This document shows, one piece after another, positions 48,450-61,400 of a DNA stretch of 64,000 nt. Under the pieces are notes generated by a model that saw only the letters and a program-made list of their open reading frames with translations, was not told where the DNA came from and ran no database searches. The DNA comes from Takakia lepidozioides (lineage: Eukaryota; Plantae; Bryophyta), in the NCBI GenBank assembly GCA_030704615.1, contig CM060734.1, positions 11,470,001 through 11,534,000 on the forward strand, in the 5' to 3' direction. The position numbers and the translations under genes were made by a program. Position 1 is the first letter of the stretch. Each line of letters begins with the position of its first letter.

Positions 48450-50990
48450 TTAAGTAGTCGGCAACGACTACATTTCAATTTATCAATGGCTGTCATGAGT
48501 CGAGCGGATAGTCGCTACCGACTACAACCACATGAGGTTATCCAATCTATATTTCACACATAATTTTACCGGGTACAGATGTAGTCGGCAACTAGGTTTA
48601 TTGGAGCGAATAGACCATGCCGACTTTCCCCGCGCCACCAATAATGCCACACCCTCCTCGTGGTGATGTACATTACCGTAGTCGTTGCCGACTATGTGTT
48701 GATACAGCATACACTTCTCACGGACCACGCAAAATCCGTTTTCCCATAAGTGTTCTGAAGGGCCGTCAACGACCACACGAGAACATGAAAACCTCAAAAA
48801 ATTATATTTTGTATGCGAAATGTTGTAGTTGGCAGTGACTACATTCGAATTTAACTATGGGTGGCATGATTCCAGCGGATAGTCGCTACCGACTACCACC
48901 ACATGAGGTCATCAAAATTGTATTTCGCACATATTTTAGCAGGGTACACATGTAGTCGGCATCGACTATAGTCAAATTTGTTAGCAACTATCTTGATGCA
49001 AGCGAATAGACCATGCCGACGTTCCCACGCCTGAGACAATAAAGAAGAGGTAACAGAAGCCGAAGCCATGTCACAGAAGCCATGAAAGAATGTGGGATTT
49101 GCAATCGCCTGTTTTTGTAGTCGGTGGCGACTTCCCGTATGCCTTTAAAAACCGAGGGGAGGACGCAGAAGTCGGTGCCGACTACCACCAACCGTGGACT
49201 ATGGAAGCTCTCAAGGACTATGGGTTTCGCAATCGTTTGTTCTTCTACGTGCAGAAGTCTGTGCCGACTACCATGAAGAGTGGAGGGTTTGCTCGCACTA
49301 CGATCGATTGTGCCTATCCTCCCTTACCATATGTCTTGTATATTCAATCCTTTCTGTCTTTGTTCTACGTGACAATGGACACATTCTATTTCCCTCCCCG
49401 GACAGTATACTCGTACCTAATACGGACAACAGTGCAACAAACCCTGTGGCGGCACATTGGCGGATAGGTATGATGGGGCGCAATAGTGTGAACGTTAGAA
49501 TACGGAGCGGAGCCTGTGGCCCAGAGCCTTGACTTTGGGTGTCATGACTCCATAGTCGGCTCCGACTATGTCCTTCCACGCAAATTAACCATTTCAATTG
49601 ACGCCGATTGTAGTCATCAGTACCACCCTTCGAAGGTGGTAGTGCTGACTCCAATCAGTGCCGATTACAACCTCCCAGCCACTTCCATAATGGACCCCCG
49701 ATCCCAATCCCAAACGATATGACGAGTGCGACATTGTGAGAAGGAAAGCTGCAGATTCCACATATGAGAGGGCACAATGGGTTTTTTTATTGAGCCACAT
49801 TAGTTGCAAATGAAGCACGCCAACTCTACTCATGGTGCATGCAACTCAAAAGCATATTCCTTTCTGAATAGAAGTCACGAAGTCAATGAACTTTGACTGG
49901 TCTGAAGACCAGCTCATGAGTCAGGGGGCTCCTCCACGTAAAGTGGATTGCAGTCGTTGTCGCGCCCCTGTTCAAGTTGACGACAATGTCGTGCCCTTCA
50001 ATCAAACCACCATCGAATATCGACAGCTTCACTGTGGGCCTAGAGTTTGCCTGCGTTTTGTTCGACATCCCAATGCGAATGTCCCCATACATTGGATAAG
50101 AGGAAGTACTTGGTTCAGGAGTATACGTCTCTTCGATGGAGTCCTCCCAGGTCCACTGGCAGCAGTTCCACCGCCAAAGCATAGTCGTGCGCACTCTGCC
50201 CGCCCGCCCACCGTAAGTGGGAAAATCGGAGTCAAGGATGTGGAGGAGCCACGGACTCGATAGACCTAGATCCTCACCCCTCTCGAAGAGGTAGTGACCT
50301 GGCAAATACTCGAACGCTGTCAACGATTCCCGCTTCGCCCCTTGCTTGTCTATGAAATCTATCAGCAAGATAACGACGTCTCCCGCTGTCGGCGCAAACA
50401 GTTCATAATCCACGCCTCCATAAGGGCAGTCGTTTTGGTTCTGGAAGCATGGCATCCTTGAAAAGGAGGGGCGAAGTCCGTCTGTACTCTCGATGAGAAT
50501 GACGTTGCAGAGACCACACAAGATATTTGAACTTGCCCCTCCTGACACGCGTATGATCACTTGAGGCTCCACAAAATGTACGTACTGCAACCTCGGTGCC
50601 ACCTGCCAGCCTGTCCTCCCCTTACCTCTTCATCCTGCTCCCCGCAGATGAAAAATGGGTGCCTCATTTTCATCCGCGTGCCAAGGTGGACAATCATTTC
50701 GTAAAGTATTCCGGCTCAAGTACTCCACAATATACATACAGTACTGTAGTCGTTGCCGACTACATTTTAATTAAACATCGATTTTGTCCGAATTATATTT
50801 CATCCTCACTATGAAAGTGTCATGGAAACTACGGAATTGGGCATATTGTATGAAAATTCATGTAGTCGGCAGCGACTACATCCCAACTATGCAATGTCGG
50901 TCATGATTCGAGGGGATAGTCGCTGCCAACTTCCCCTATGTATGCCGCTATAGAGAGGCGTTCAATAAAGTCGGTGCCGACTAACACCCA
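48450..50990. repeat. Dispersed array of the lineage-C palindrome GTAGTCGG-CA-CCGACTAC (many degenerate copies)
   Basis: Copies at ~48454, 48508, 48580, 48678, 48825, 48878, 48952, 49117, 49169, 49552, 50746, 50862 and 50969. Also at 43875-44040, 45135-45525, 52361 and 62948-63610. Confidence 0.85.
49883..50602 (-). CDS. ORF-X (unknown ~240-aa protein) of lineage C; start uncertain
   Basis: Uninterrupted 239-codon frame. Blocks FxPxxGD..D.ID, xAxEYxPG, W.CCQW..ED.I..TY.PE, YGDI, K.SI.DG..I.GHD.VV and P..HELV.RP are conserved with 34128-34694. Confidence 0.7.
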   Translation of the reverse strand: MAPRLQYVHFVEPQVIIRVSGGASSNILCGLCNVILIESTDGLRPSFSRMPCFQNQNDCPYGGVDYELFAPTAGDVVILLIDFIDKQGAKRESLTAFEYLPGHYLFERGEDLGLSSPWLLHILDSDFPTYGGRAGRVRTTMLWRWNCCQWTWEDSIEETYTPEPSTSSYPMYGDIRIGMSNKTQANSRPTVKLSIFDGGLIEGHDIVVNLNRGATTTAIHFTWRSPLTHELVFRPVKVH

Positions 50991-53170
50991 CCATGGCCCT
51001 GCAAGCCGCGCAACGGTGTGGGTGTGTCCATGGGTATTTCTTATCTTCGTATAGTATTGTCTCCCATGAACTGCCCTCTGCAGGTTTTGCTGTCAATATC
51101 AGCGCTTTTGCTTGAAGTCGTCAACGACTTCAAGCAGTTCATTTGTGGCAGTATTCCATTCCGGTTCCAATTGGTGAGACTGAGTTTCTCTTCGAAGAAT
51201 TAATGCACACAGGTGAAAGGAAATGCGTTGGATAAGCGCGAGAACACATCCTTTGTGGTGGGAACGTTGCGGGTAGGGTCCGCCTCTTCCACTTGAGATC
51301 CGCGCCGACTGTTGCCACCAGAATTGTCAGTGGATGGAGACGGATGGAAAAATACTACTGAAAACAGACGGATGAAAAATTCTAATTGATTTCTGACCGT
51401 TGATAGTACAGTTCGTTAGTCCGTTGCATAGATTCCATGCATACCTGCTGCTGCTCACAAGACAGGGGTGTGAGTGTTCAGACGCTCTCAGCATTTGCCA
51501 GTGTACCCCACCTGGGCGTGTTGGACAGCAGTGTGGCGCAGTATTGAGGTAGGCGATCATGGATTCCTCTGTGCTACTGAACTGCCCACCTGGCACAGAC
51601 GACATCAAGGTCATGGCTGAGGGACAACATGTCTTCTTGAATGACAAAGTAATTCGGTATCGACCCATTCTCCCTAGTTGTTGAAGAGCCGGAGATCGGT
51701 GATGGTTCCGGCAAAACATATTGCATTTTGGATCCAATCCGGGACAATGACAGAAAATCGTGGGTTCTACCATTTACAGGTGAAGTGCGATATAGAGTGT
51801 TTGGAATATCTGCTACTTTGGATAGGCAATCCACGACACGTGAACCTGCCACTGTTGCTTCTGTTCCTCAGCTTCGCCAACCAAAACGGAAAGCATTGAG
51901 CTGTCTAGTGGGGAGTCAAAGGATTGCGTCGTTATGAAATCCAGCACTGGAAGGGTGGAGCCCAATTTTCCAGCATCGGCCTCACCTCCAAAGAAGGTGC
52001 CGCGCAGCAAGTTTGTTGGCAACAAAGCCACTTTTCGTCACTCCGGCCAATCCATAGTGGATGTGTTGAAGCTTTTCCACCTCGATTCCAAATCCCAATT
52101 GGGGAAGGTGAACTTCGAAGAAATAGAAGTGAAGCAGGTGAAGTGCCTGCCAAGGATTGTTGATGGTGATGTTCTGTACGAACTTCCACCAACGTCGAAC
52201 ACATCCCCAGTAGATCAACTTGACGGCATGGATCGCAAGTACGACGGGAATCCATGGGCGGTGATGAAGACAACGAACTTGAAGCTTCCTATCATTGGCA
52301 CAAAAGGCGGCGTAGTCACGTGAGGTTTTATTTTTCCTGCTCATTGTCGAGTGTGGTCTTGTAGTCGGCACCGACCTCCAAAGTGCAGTTTCTGCCTAAG
52401 ACGTTCACTGGCTATTGCAGTCCACTGACTCACATTGTTATTGCAGGTATGTATACTGTGTTGGTGCGCTGAGATGTCTTCATGGCACGTGCCCATTCTT
52501 CCTCGGGGAGGGCTGTCGACCATTAATGTTCCCCATTAATGATTACATACTTAATTTAGGGTTCGTGTTAGACAGAGCTAGGTTAGGTCCCGAAGGCGCC
52601 GCCTAGCCCCAAGGGTGCTGCTAGTGTGGATTATAATTTTTCTATGTTATAAGTGTTTGCGTTTGTAATTTGTAACCAACAGTTAGTACTAACTCATTGA
52701 CGTATTTACCAAAACAATAGTCCAAAAATCAGTAATGCGAATGTATAATTACCCTCGGTATAAAAGGTTATGGTTATTTTAGAGGAGAGATATCCTAGTC
52801 TAAATATCAATTATTCAGTAAACAACAACAAATTAATTTCAATTAACCAACTTTATTATTTCTTTTATTTTTGAATAATTTTATGTATATGTTTAAAAGA
52901 TAGAGATATTGATTTATTTAGTTTTTACTAGTACCCATTAATTTAGGTGAGTCAAGAATATATAATCAATTAGATCATTCTAAGGAAAAGATCAGCCCAA
53001 CAAACAATATTAATATAACCAAAATAAAAGAAGAGAATCAAAACCAACTGTAGGGAAACCAACTATCTAACCGATAAGTCTCTCAAGTTATATTCAAAGC
53101 CAACTTGCCTATCTAAGTACTTATAGGGCTATTACAAAGATTCTGAATAGATAAGCAAAATTAAATAAGT

Positions 53171-53240
53171 TGCGGCCGGCAGGAATTGAACTCCCAACCC
53201 CAGACGTGTAAACTGCCAGACTAACCATCAAACTAACCTA
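53171..53240 (-). pseudogene. Degenerate tRNA-like (Val-TAC-like) or tRNA-derived SINE head
   Basis: Minus strand has an A-box-like TAGTTTGATGG, a loop TTTACAC and a B-box GTTCAATTCC at tRNA-like spacing. Stems pair poorly. Confidence 0.4.
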
Positions 53241-55034
53241 GAGATGTTGTTATATGAGGGTTTCTTTTAGTTATTTAAACACAATAGTCAAATCTCACTA
53301 TTTCATATGGCCTGGTAGTTAGAATTCCCTGTTTTCAAATATTCATAAGTCCAAACTAGATTCTTCAATTCCCTTGTTGTAAAACAGAAGCTCTAACCTA
53401 AGCTTTACTCAACAAGATCTTGGAATTAGTTTGTGAATCAAGGTCCATAAAAAAAGGTTTAGCTCAAATCGTTCAAACATATATGTCTTTGCAGAATCAG
53501 TGCCATGGATATGATAGTCCCAAATTCTGCTAGCATATACTGCCTACTTTAGAAATTAATATCTCTTAACCCAAGCAATAATTACTAGAACTACAAACTT
53601 CTAGTGCTGTAGTAATCTTAATTTTATGACTCAAAGAAGACTCCACTCAGATATCTTACTAGCAGAAGTAACTAGATCAAATCGTATCAGCCAAACATAA
53701 TTCTACACCATAGACTTTTGTTGCTCCAGTTTAAAAACAACTACTTTCAAAACTTCTTATTTTATGATCCCTGGCTCTGATTTGACTAATCTCAGATCCT
53801 ATTGGAAGTATTAGCCTTATTCTCTGCTATCAATAAGAACTAGCATAGAAAGCTTCCAAGAACATAATCTAAAGAACATATTCTAAAGCAGATCGATTTT
53901 GTATAAAAGAAATGAGAACCCTTTCCTACATGAAAAATGACAAGTCCCCAACATCTGCAATTGTGTGCCAGTGTAAGAAAAACTGATTTCAAAAATTAAT
54001 TTCTGTGGATACAAGGCTCTGATTTCACTAGTGTCAGGTTCTATTCGGAGAATTATCTTTATTCTCTGCTATCAAAAAGAGCTAGCATGGAAATAGGTCA
54101 ATAGGACCCCACTAGAGCAGATCTATTTTGCCAACAAATGAGCAGAATCCTAAAGCCAAGGACTTGAAAAGCAAAACAAGAAGTGGACGTCCTACCAGCC
54201 CTTGTCTAGATTAGCGTTACACTTTACACTCCGAGAGGGTTGATCAGACCAAGTCAACACTTCACTCAATTATAAAGCGGAAAGAACTAGATACGATTGC
54301 AAATTTGGAACAGAATAGTTGTAACTTCGAGTCCATCGCTCACTACTACTGATTTTCTCTCCATCTTTGTGCTATCCAACTCTAACGGCTGCCCTCTACC
54401 GTGCTCTCTACATCGTGCTAGTCGCTCACTGGTAATCTCTCGATTGATACTCATTTCTTCCCACTCCCCCAACCCTCCTTTTATGCTTCTGTTGGGCCAA
54501 TAGGAAAATTAGGAATTAATCATTAAATTTAATGGGAAGCTTGTTGGCCAAGCAAACCTGGATACTTCTGATTTCATCCATCCTGGTAATGTCATCCCTT
54601 TTGCATCCATCCTATAAATTCATCCAGCCTGTGCTCTCTTATCCGTCCGCTGATTTTATCGATTTTCATTCTTCCTCATCATTTTCATCCATCTGTAACT
54701 TTCATCCATCTAGGGACATGACCAACTTAAGTTGATACATGAGCCGTTTTAAGTCCTCATGAATGTTGCTCTTTATCCATGTCATTCATCCGTTTGGGGA
54801 TCGCTACCCTTGATCAACCAATATCCAGCGGTTCACATTTATCCTTGTTTTCCCATTAGCTCCATTTCCCGTGTTATGTTGAGATTGGGGAGAGGTTCCC
54901 ATGCTTGAAGTAGCGAGTTATAGCGTTGTTCTGAGAGTCGTCTGCTGGTGAGATCCTCCAGCAAGATAAGCATATTTTCTTGCATTTGCTAACTTACAAA
55001 GACATCGATCCTAAATCATTCTTGGCGTTGAAGA

Positions 55035-55290
55035 CTATTCATTGAGTTCTAAATCATATCTCCATACCATGTAGCCTCTAGGGTACTGTCCGCAAACCAA
55101 AAGCTGAGTTCCTGTAACTGCCGACTCCTTGCCAGAAACTTCAAAGGTATAATCCACAGGGTAGTCTGGCAGACAACGCCAACGCGTACTAACGGAATCA
55201 AACTCCCACCACTTCCGTGCACTTATGAGAGGCTGTACATTGTGTGCATGCCCAGCCAGCATGTAAACCCATTCCTCCATGATTTCTACC
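55035..55290 (-). pseudogene. Captured F-box/kelch-repeat gene fragment
   Basis: EEWVYMLA..WWEFDSVSTRWRCLPDYP.D.TF..SGKESAVTGTQLLVCG..VWRYDLELNE* matches the region of plant F-box/kelch proteins just after the F-box. Confidence 0.7.
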
Positions 55291-56696
55291 CGTTTGCGAG
55301 TCTCAAGGACGTCGTTGCGGCCTTTGTCGTCAACCACAAACACCTTTCAACGGTAAATAATAAGAGCGAGGCACCCGTGCAACGCATTCTAGTGTCACAT
55401 GGTCTGTCAATCCCGGAATCAAGGAGTTGTCCTTCGACTGGTCCTCTGGCTCTGCCATTGCTAGAATTCCATTTTATTTATGATTTCTTACTATGATTTC
55501 GTACTAAACTTCATAAAATATATACTAATGTACATAAAATGTGCTATTCTAAATTATGATTCGAAAAATTGATCGACAAGGGCACCCACAACGAGATTCA
55601 TTGGATGGGGCATTACGATGGTCAGTTCAAACCGCAAAGCTAGGTGCCCCCGAACACCTTCGTCTGTTCTCTGTTCAACCATCCACCAATATGCATGCAC
55701 ACGTGCCGGGCCAAAATGTTCTACGTCATAGGACCATCAACGATGACCAAAGCAGCCATGCATGTGGGCATTCATTCACATCCATCTGCACCTGGAGCAT
55801 GTAGGGAAGCAGCTGCGAAAGCAAAAAGTGTAGTTGCTAAAGAAATCCATAGGTCACCCGGTGCAAGGCCAAAATCAGTCCAATTGTCTGCTGCTCAGTC
55901 CTTTGCCATGGACAAGGTGTTATCGTCAGGTGCAACCGAGAGATGGAAGCTTGATGATGAGCAGTTTGAGGAGCTCATGGAGGAGGTTGGTGCCGTGGGC
56001 AAATGTGGTGTTCGTTGCGAGACAAAGAAGAAAAAAACAAAAATGGGGCTTGGGAGTGAAGTAGAAGCTTTGCTGACAATGAAAAAATGGGAGATAGCCG
56101 TTGAGCAGGCCCTCTCTCACCGCAAAACGTGGAGCTCGCCTTCGCCATCTCAGCCTGCCTCGCCATCTCCAAAATATTTGTTTGTCATTCTCATGATTGC
56201 TAAAAGGTGCAAAAAAACATATGTTGTGCCATTTCAATATCTATAGATACACTCACCATAAAGCCCATGAGACGGGAGACGGAGCGATGGCGGAGCAACA
56301 ACGGTCATTTTTTGTTCTCTCTTCCCATGTTTTCCCAATCTTCTCTTACCACAATTTGCGAGCAGGGGAGTCTCACTGCTCCACGACTACACGGTACTGA
56401 TTCAGGAGCTTCTTTTACATATATTTTTCAAGCAACAATGGATATCAACATTCATTCTGAAAATAGTGTTTTTAGTTCATCAAATTCATCTTTGCCTTTT
56501 CTTCTTCTCTTTCATCTCCTCTAGCCAGCCAGAATCCCTAGCAATAAGCATTGAAGCCGCCAAATCTCTATCCTCCCTCCCCCTCGCCCTATTTTTTAGC
56601 TCCTCCATCAATCACGTCTTTCGCTTCGTCCATAATCTTCGAGTTTAAGCATTGTTCTCAGGGTTAGTTTAGGGTGTAGTTCTCACTTTTTCCATA

Positions 56697-58495
56697 ACCT
56701 TCCTCCCTCCTCAAATAACAATGAGAGTTAGGATCATCTTCAAAAGATGATTGTAGTGCATAGCGACAGCAAGACATGTAGACTTCGAATGGTGCAATGA
56801 CAAATGTGCACTACCTAAAAAAGTTGTCACTCAGAGCTCACTCCGTATAGTTGGAGGCCATATCATTGCACAGCCGACGAATTGATGTGAATTACACATT
56901 TCAAATCATGGTCATCCACATACCACATTACATAGTTCATGCTACCCATGTGTTGTATCCCGCTGCAAAAGAGTATCGACCTCGTTGAAACTCATAGTGG
57001 CCTGGTGAATGAAGTTGTCACGTTTGGGATCGCAAACCATCCTCCTCAAAAATATGAAATACAAATGTTTGCAGGGTATGAATTTACCTCTCTTGCCCAA
57101 ACTGGTTGATAGCATATTCACAAAATCAGGACATGTGCAATTGGGGAAATTGGAAACCGTGATGTCGTAGGTCCTGTCATGAACAGCAGATGTGGAAGTG
57201 ATGATTGTGAATACCCTTCCATATCCTGGATCGGGTACTTCCGTGGTGCTTCCAACACGAGCTTGGAGCATTCTTGTGGACTCCACTTTGCCAAAGTGTT
57301 TAGCGGTTGGAGGGAAACGCCGAATGAGCTTTCCATCTCGTTTGGTTGGCCACAAGTCAGGATTTGCCGGGGGGACTCGGGAGGACGCAGAAGTAGTAGC
57401 ACATGCATGGAGTTGGGGTTGTCTCGCAAGGGAAAAATCTGCCTCCTCCAACATTTCAATCTCCAGAAAGCTGAGATGTGTTCCCACCTTCACGGGCCAA
57501 ACAGTTGGAGGAGTTGGCTTCATCACTACGGAAGGACGCACAGTTCCATGCACACATCTGGCACAATCATCTGCGCAGAACCAGAACTTGTGGTTCTTGG
57601 CTTCTGGTTGACCGTATGGACGCATCAAGCCCGTGAAAGTCGGAGCAGGAGTTCGGGCACCACCTCTGGATATAGATGAAGTGCACTTCTCGAAATTAGT
57701 TGCCCTGATCGCTGTACATTTCACACGAGACCCTACACTTGTGCGTTCTATGTGCCAAACGTGGTCGGGGCATGCGGACTCAAGCACATCAAGGGGGTTG
57801 TTTCTCTCCTGCACCATTTCAGTGGCATTGTTTGATGCTGGAGCTTGCCGTCGTGTTGGAGGTTCCTCCACAATGGAGGTTCCGGACATGGAGCTGTCAT
57901 GCAGGGGAACACGAGGCTTCGAGAAGTTATCACGGTCTGCCCTGTGGGAATCTGAATCCGAACCAGGTGGAGTGTTCAATTTCCTCTTACAGGAGCCGAA
58001 TCTCTCCTCCCCTTCAAGATGTGGAACTCTAGAAACAAGTGGCGTTCCCTGGGCATACATGCTCACCGCCTGTGCTATCTTGATTGGATCCCCAGATTTG
58101 TTTGCAGCACGCAACATCAACTCCCATTTGTCCGGACCCTTGCCACCAACCCCACCTCGTAAGAAATCACGGTATCGGGTTTGTTGTTGCAAGGCACGTA
58201 TCAAATCATCTGTTGTTGCCACATACAAATCCCGACCTCGTTTCCCAGACTGCTGCAACCATGCGTTATGCACAGTTTCTGCCAAATTGCAAGATGGCAT
58301 GTCCGCCATTTCCTCAATGGACATGTTCTGCAAAGAGGATAACCACACTTCAGAATAGTGCACAGGATACAACATAAAGAAAGCAATGAGTCAAAAATAT
58401 GGAAAGCAAATGTATGAATAAAGCATGAAATAGAAGCCTTGTACCATTGTCATGGCTGCTCCCCACTGTCTATACCGGAAGTGCCAAAACGCCAG
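56697..58495 (-). mobile_element. Partial second copy of element A (last transposase exon and 3' flank)
   Basis: Reverse-complement match to 14592-16389. The last exon is open (ORF 56942..58375), with nine visible aa substitutions versus A and without A's ~15873 frameshift. Confidence 0.95.
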
Positions 58496-61400
58496 AATAG
58501 GAGTCATCACCTCCTTAGTCAAATCCCTCCCTCTCTCCACTTTACTCTTTCTCTTCCCTCAATGGCCCCTGGCTTCTTTAAATCCCTCCTCAAAGATTCG
58601 ATGGACTCTAGGTTCCCCAACGGAGGTCACTATCAGCAACAAAGGAGAACCCATCCCTCGACAGGAACTGGATTTTTTCAGGCCACCAGGAGCGCTCCAG
58701 GATCCTCTCCAACAGAAACCCAGTAAGAAACTCCCCCCCAGACATTCCCAGCCCGATTTCCCCACTGCAGCCGTTCTTCAAAATTCCACGTCTCCATTCC
58801 GATACAGAGGACTGTCCCCTCCCACCGCCGACAGATGATGATTGGTCTAACGATACAACAACGCATCAGGATGAGTTGGATAAGGACTACCCTCTCACTC
58901 CATTTGAATGTTTCCGATCTTCAAAAAAGAGTGTCAACAATGGAGGAACATGGGATCTTAATCCAATTTCCAGGGAAAAAGGTGGACAGGGCCATTGTGC
59001 GTGACTGGGCAATAAGACACCTTGGAGGACAAGGTGAACTCAATCAGCTATTCTGCCATGCAAAAGGTAGGGGCTTTTTCTCCATAGTCTTTGAATCAAA
59101 GGAGGCTGCCAACCAAGCCCTTGCGTTTAACCCACACACAAGGGGTTTCAATGTCAACATCTTCACGTGGTCCGCAAAAATGGGCCACAGAAATGGCAAA
59201 TTGTGGGGGCCAAGGATCGTATCGGTGTTCTACATTCCTGATCAGTACTTAGTGAACTTGCTTGACATAGCCAACCACTTTGGCTCCTACCTTGGATGTC
59301 TGGCAGTTTTCAACCCCCTGATGTGCACACTAAGCTTAAGACAAGATCCGGCTTGGAGCTCGGCCACAATAGCATCTAGACTCATGTCAGGCTGCCAATC
59401 GACGATGAGGGCAATTACTTCACTATACGGTTAATTGAGGATACCACCTATGCAGCTTGCTTCAACTGTGGACTTTTGGGGCATATCAAGCTCAACTGCC
59501 CTTCTGTGAAACGTAAGAGATTGCCTCCTTCTGCCCCTATGGCTGAACAGTCTCCAGATCTCCGGAAACCAAGAGCAACAGGCACCTCCACAGTTCCAGG
59601 ATCAATCCCAACCTGTTCACACCAAGCTAAGCCACAGGGTCAACCATCAAGGCTTTTGCCCGTCAACAATCAGGATGCCCTTCAATCCAGCCCTAGACCT
59701 GTCCCTCCTTCCAACTTGGACATCACTAGGGACCCAATGCAAGAGGAAATCCAAGCCCATCAGCATCAACATCGGAGGTCCTCTACATCCAAAGGCAAAG
59801 AAAAAGTGCTGGAACAGGAACATCATTTTGCCCCTCCAATCCAGCTGACAAGCCCCTCTTCTAAAGGAGGCCCACAGATAACAACAGGTATATCCTGCAA
59901 CACATCCTTTGCCAATCGGTGCCTCAACACAGGCTCATTTTCAGACCTGGACCTCATTGGATGTTCTGCCCTAGAAACATTTGCGGCCCCTCAGGCCTCC
60001 TGTGTTACACCTCTGATATTCAGAAGAGGCAAGCCCCCCGGAATTCTTATCACATCTGACGATTTGGAATGTGTTGTATCCCTATAGGTCAAAACCACGG
60101 ATGTCAAAAACTTTCTGAGAACGAATCCACCCAACACAGGCCCCGAGATCCTATTCAAGTATATGATTCAGGATTTCTTTGGATCCTCTCCGCCTCACTA
60201 CTTCTTGTCTTCCTCCACTAGAATTTCATGGGGAGCCTATTTGGAAGATCACCCTGGGTTGAGCTGCAGGCCATCTATCCATGTGCTGGCCCTTATGGAA
60301 GAGGCTGACATCTACAATACGCCGCCCCCTCTCGGTACAATTTGGACTTACAAATAGTGGCTTAAAGCTCCTAGAGGAAATCACCCACTCCAAATCAGAA
60401 ATCAGGACACTTTGGTGAACGGTTTCCAGCTGTTGTCAGTCTGCTTGGATTAGGAAAAGGAAGAAGAAAACCATAGGATGGAACTTCAGCGGACGAGAGA
60501 ATACATCAATGGGGTCAGGGTTCATTATGCCAACACAGAAGCAACATCAGAATCAACTGACATCAACGATATCTCATCTCCAGACGACATAAGCTCGGAC
60601 AAAGACAACCTGGCGACAGCTGTTACCACCATGTATATCTCCCCTCCAACCATTGAGATGACCAGCCCTGCATCACCCCCAGCCATTGTTGACGCATCCC
60701 AATATCTCCCCATTCAGTCTCTTTCTCCCACCATTCATCTGCAGGCCCCTCACCAGGTTCCCTTCTCACCATCTCCTTGCTTTCTATACCAAGTGCTTGC
60801 AAAAGACGCTACCAGATGTTGGATGCTATGTGAAAAAAAAAACAAAAAACAGGGGGGAACAGCTAGGGCATATGTTGCCCACCTTCAACCTTGCAGATGA
60901 CATCCCATCTGGAACGCTTCCATCCGACTGCTCTCTTGTGGTCAGATACCCTAAAATCCAGTCACTATTCTCAACTGTCTTTTTTCCAAAAGGGATGCAC
61001 ATCCAAACCATCACCATTTCGAAAGTTCCCCCGAATCAATTTCAGGCAGTGCCTGCCGCCTCTCAACCTCTATCCACCAGGGCAGTATTCATTAGAGTCT
61101 GCAAAAAGACATCAAAACCTCCTGACCCATTTGTTTGGATTACTTCCTTGAGACATCGCCACAGTAGAATTCAGTTCTCCTTCCGATTTATTAGGCCATC
61201 AAATGAGACCTTAAGTCTGGGCCCTACTCTCTCTCTAGATGTCACTTAATCTTCTCTCATGGAACATCAGAGGCCTGGGGTCAGACCCGACGTCTCTCAA
61301 GAGGGTCAAAATCAAAAACTGGTTGGCCCCATTCCTTTCTTCGGACTCAGTCATTTTCCTGCAAGAGCACAAACTAGATCAACTTAAAATAGATAGCCTC

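Larger units (their letters stand above)
52514..55578. mobile_element. 3065-bp solo-LTR-like insertion with 5-bp TSD
   Basis: Ends TGTCGA...TCGACA; AGGGC duplicated at 52509-52513 and 55579-55583. Removing it rejoins the transposase reading frame. No gag or pol inside. Confidence 0.85.
51570..56089 (+). pseudogene. Transposase N-terminal and GCM-like region, lineage C, interrupted by an intron and the 52514-55578 insertion
   Basis: YRVFG; SQLGKVNFEEIEVKQVKCLPRIVDGDVLYELPP..GMDRKYDGNPW; YVYCVGALRCLHGTC | THNEIHW..PPNTFVCSL..CRAKMFYV..HVGIHSHP..LLTMKKW. Confidence 0.85.

Noticed and set aside
49090-49654. Short ORFs in the lineage-C array
   Set aside because: They overlap palindrome copies in multiple frames and have no homologue in A or B and no recognisable motif.
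53171-53240. Functional tRNA-Val gene
   Set aside because: Acceptor, anticodon and T stems pair poorly, and it lies inside a mobile insertion. Kept only as a tRNA-like relic.
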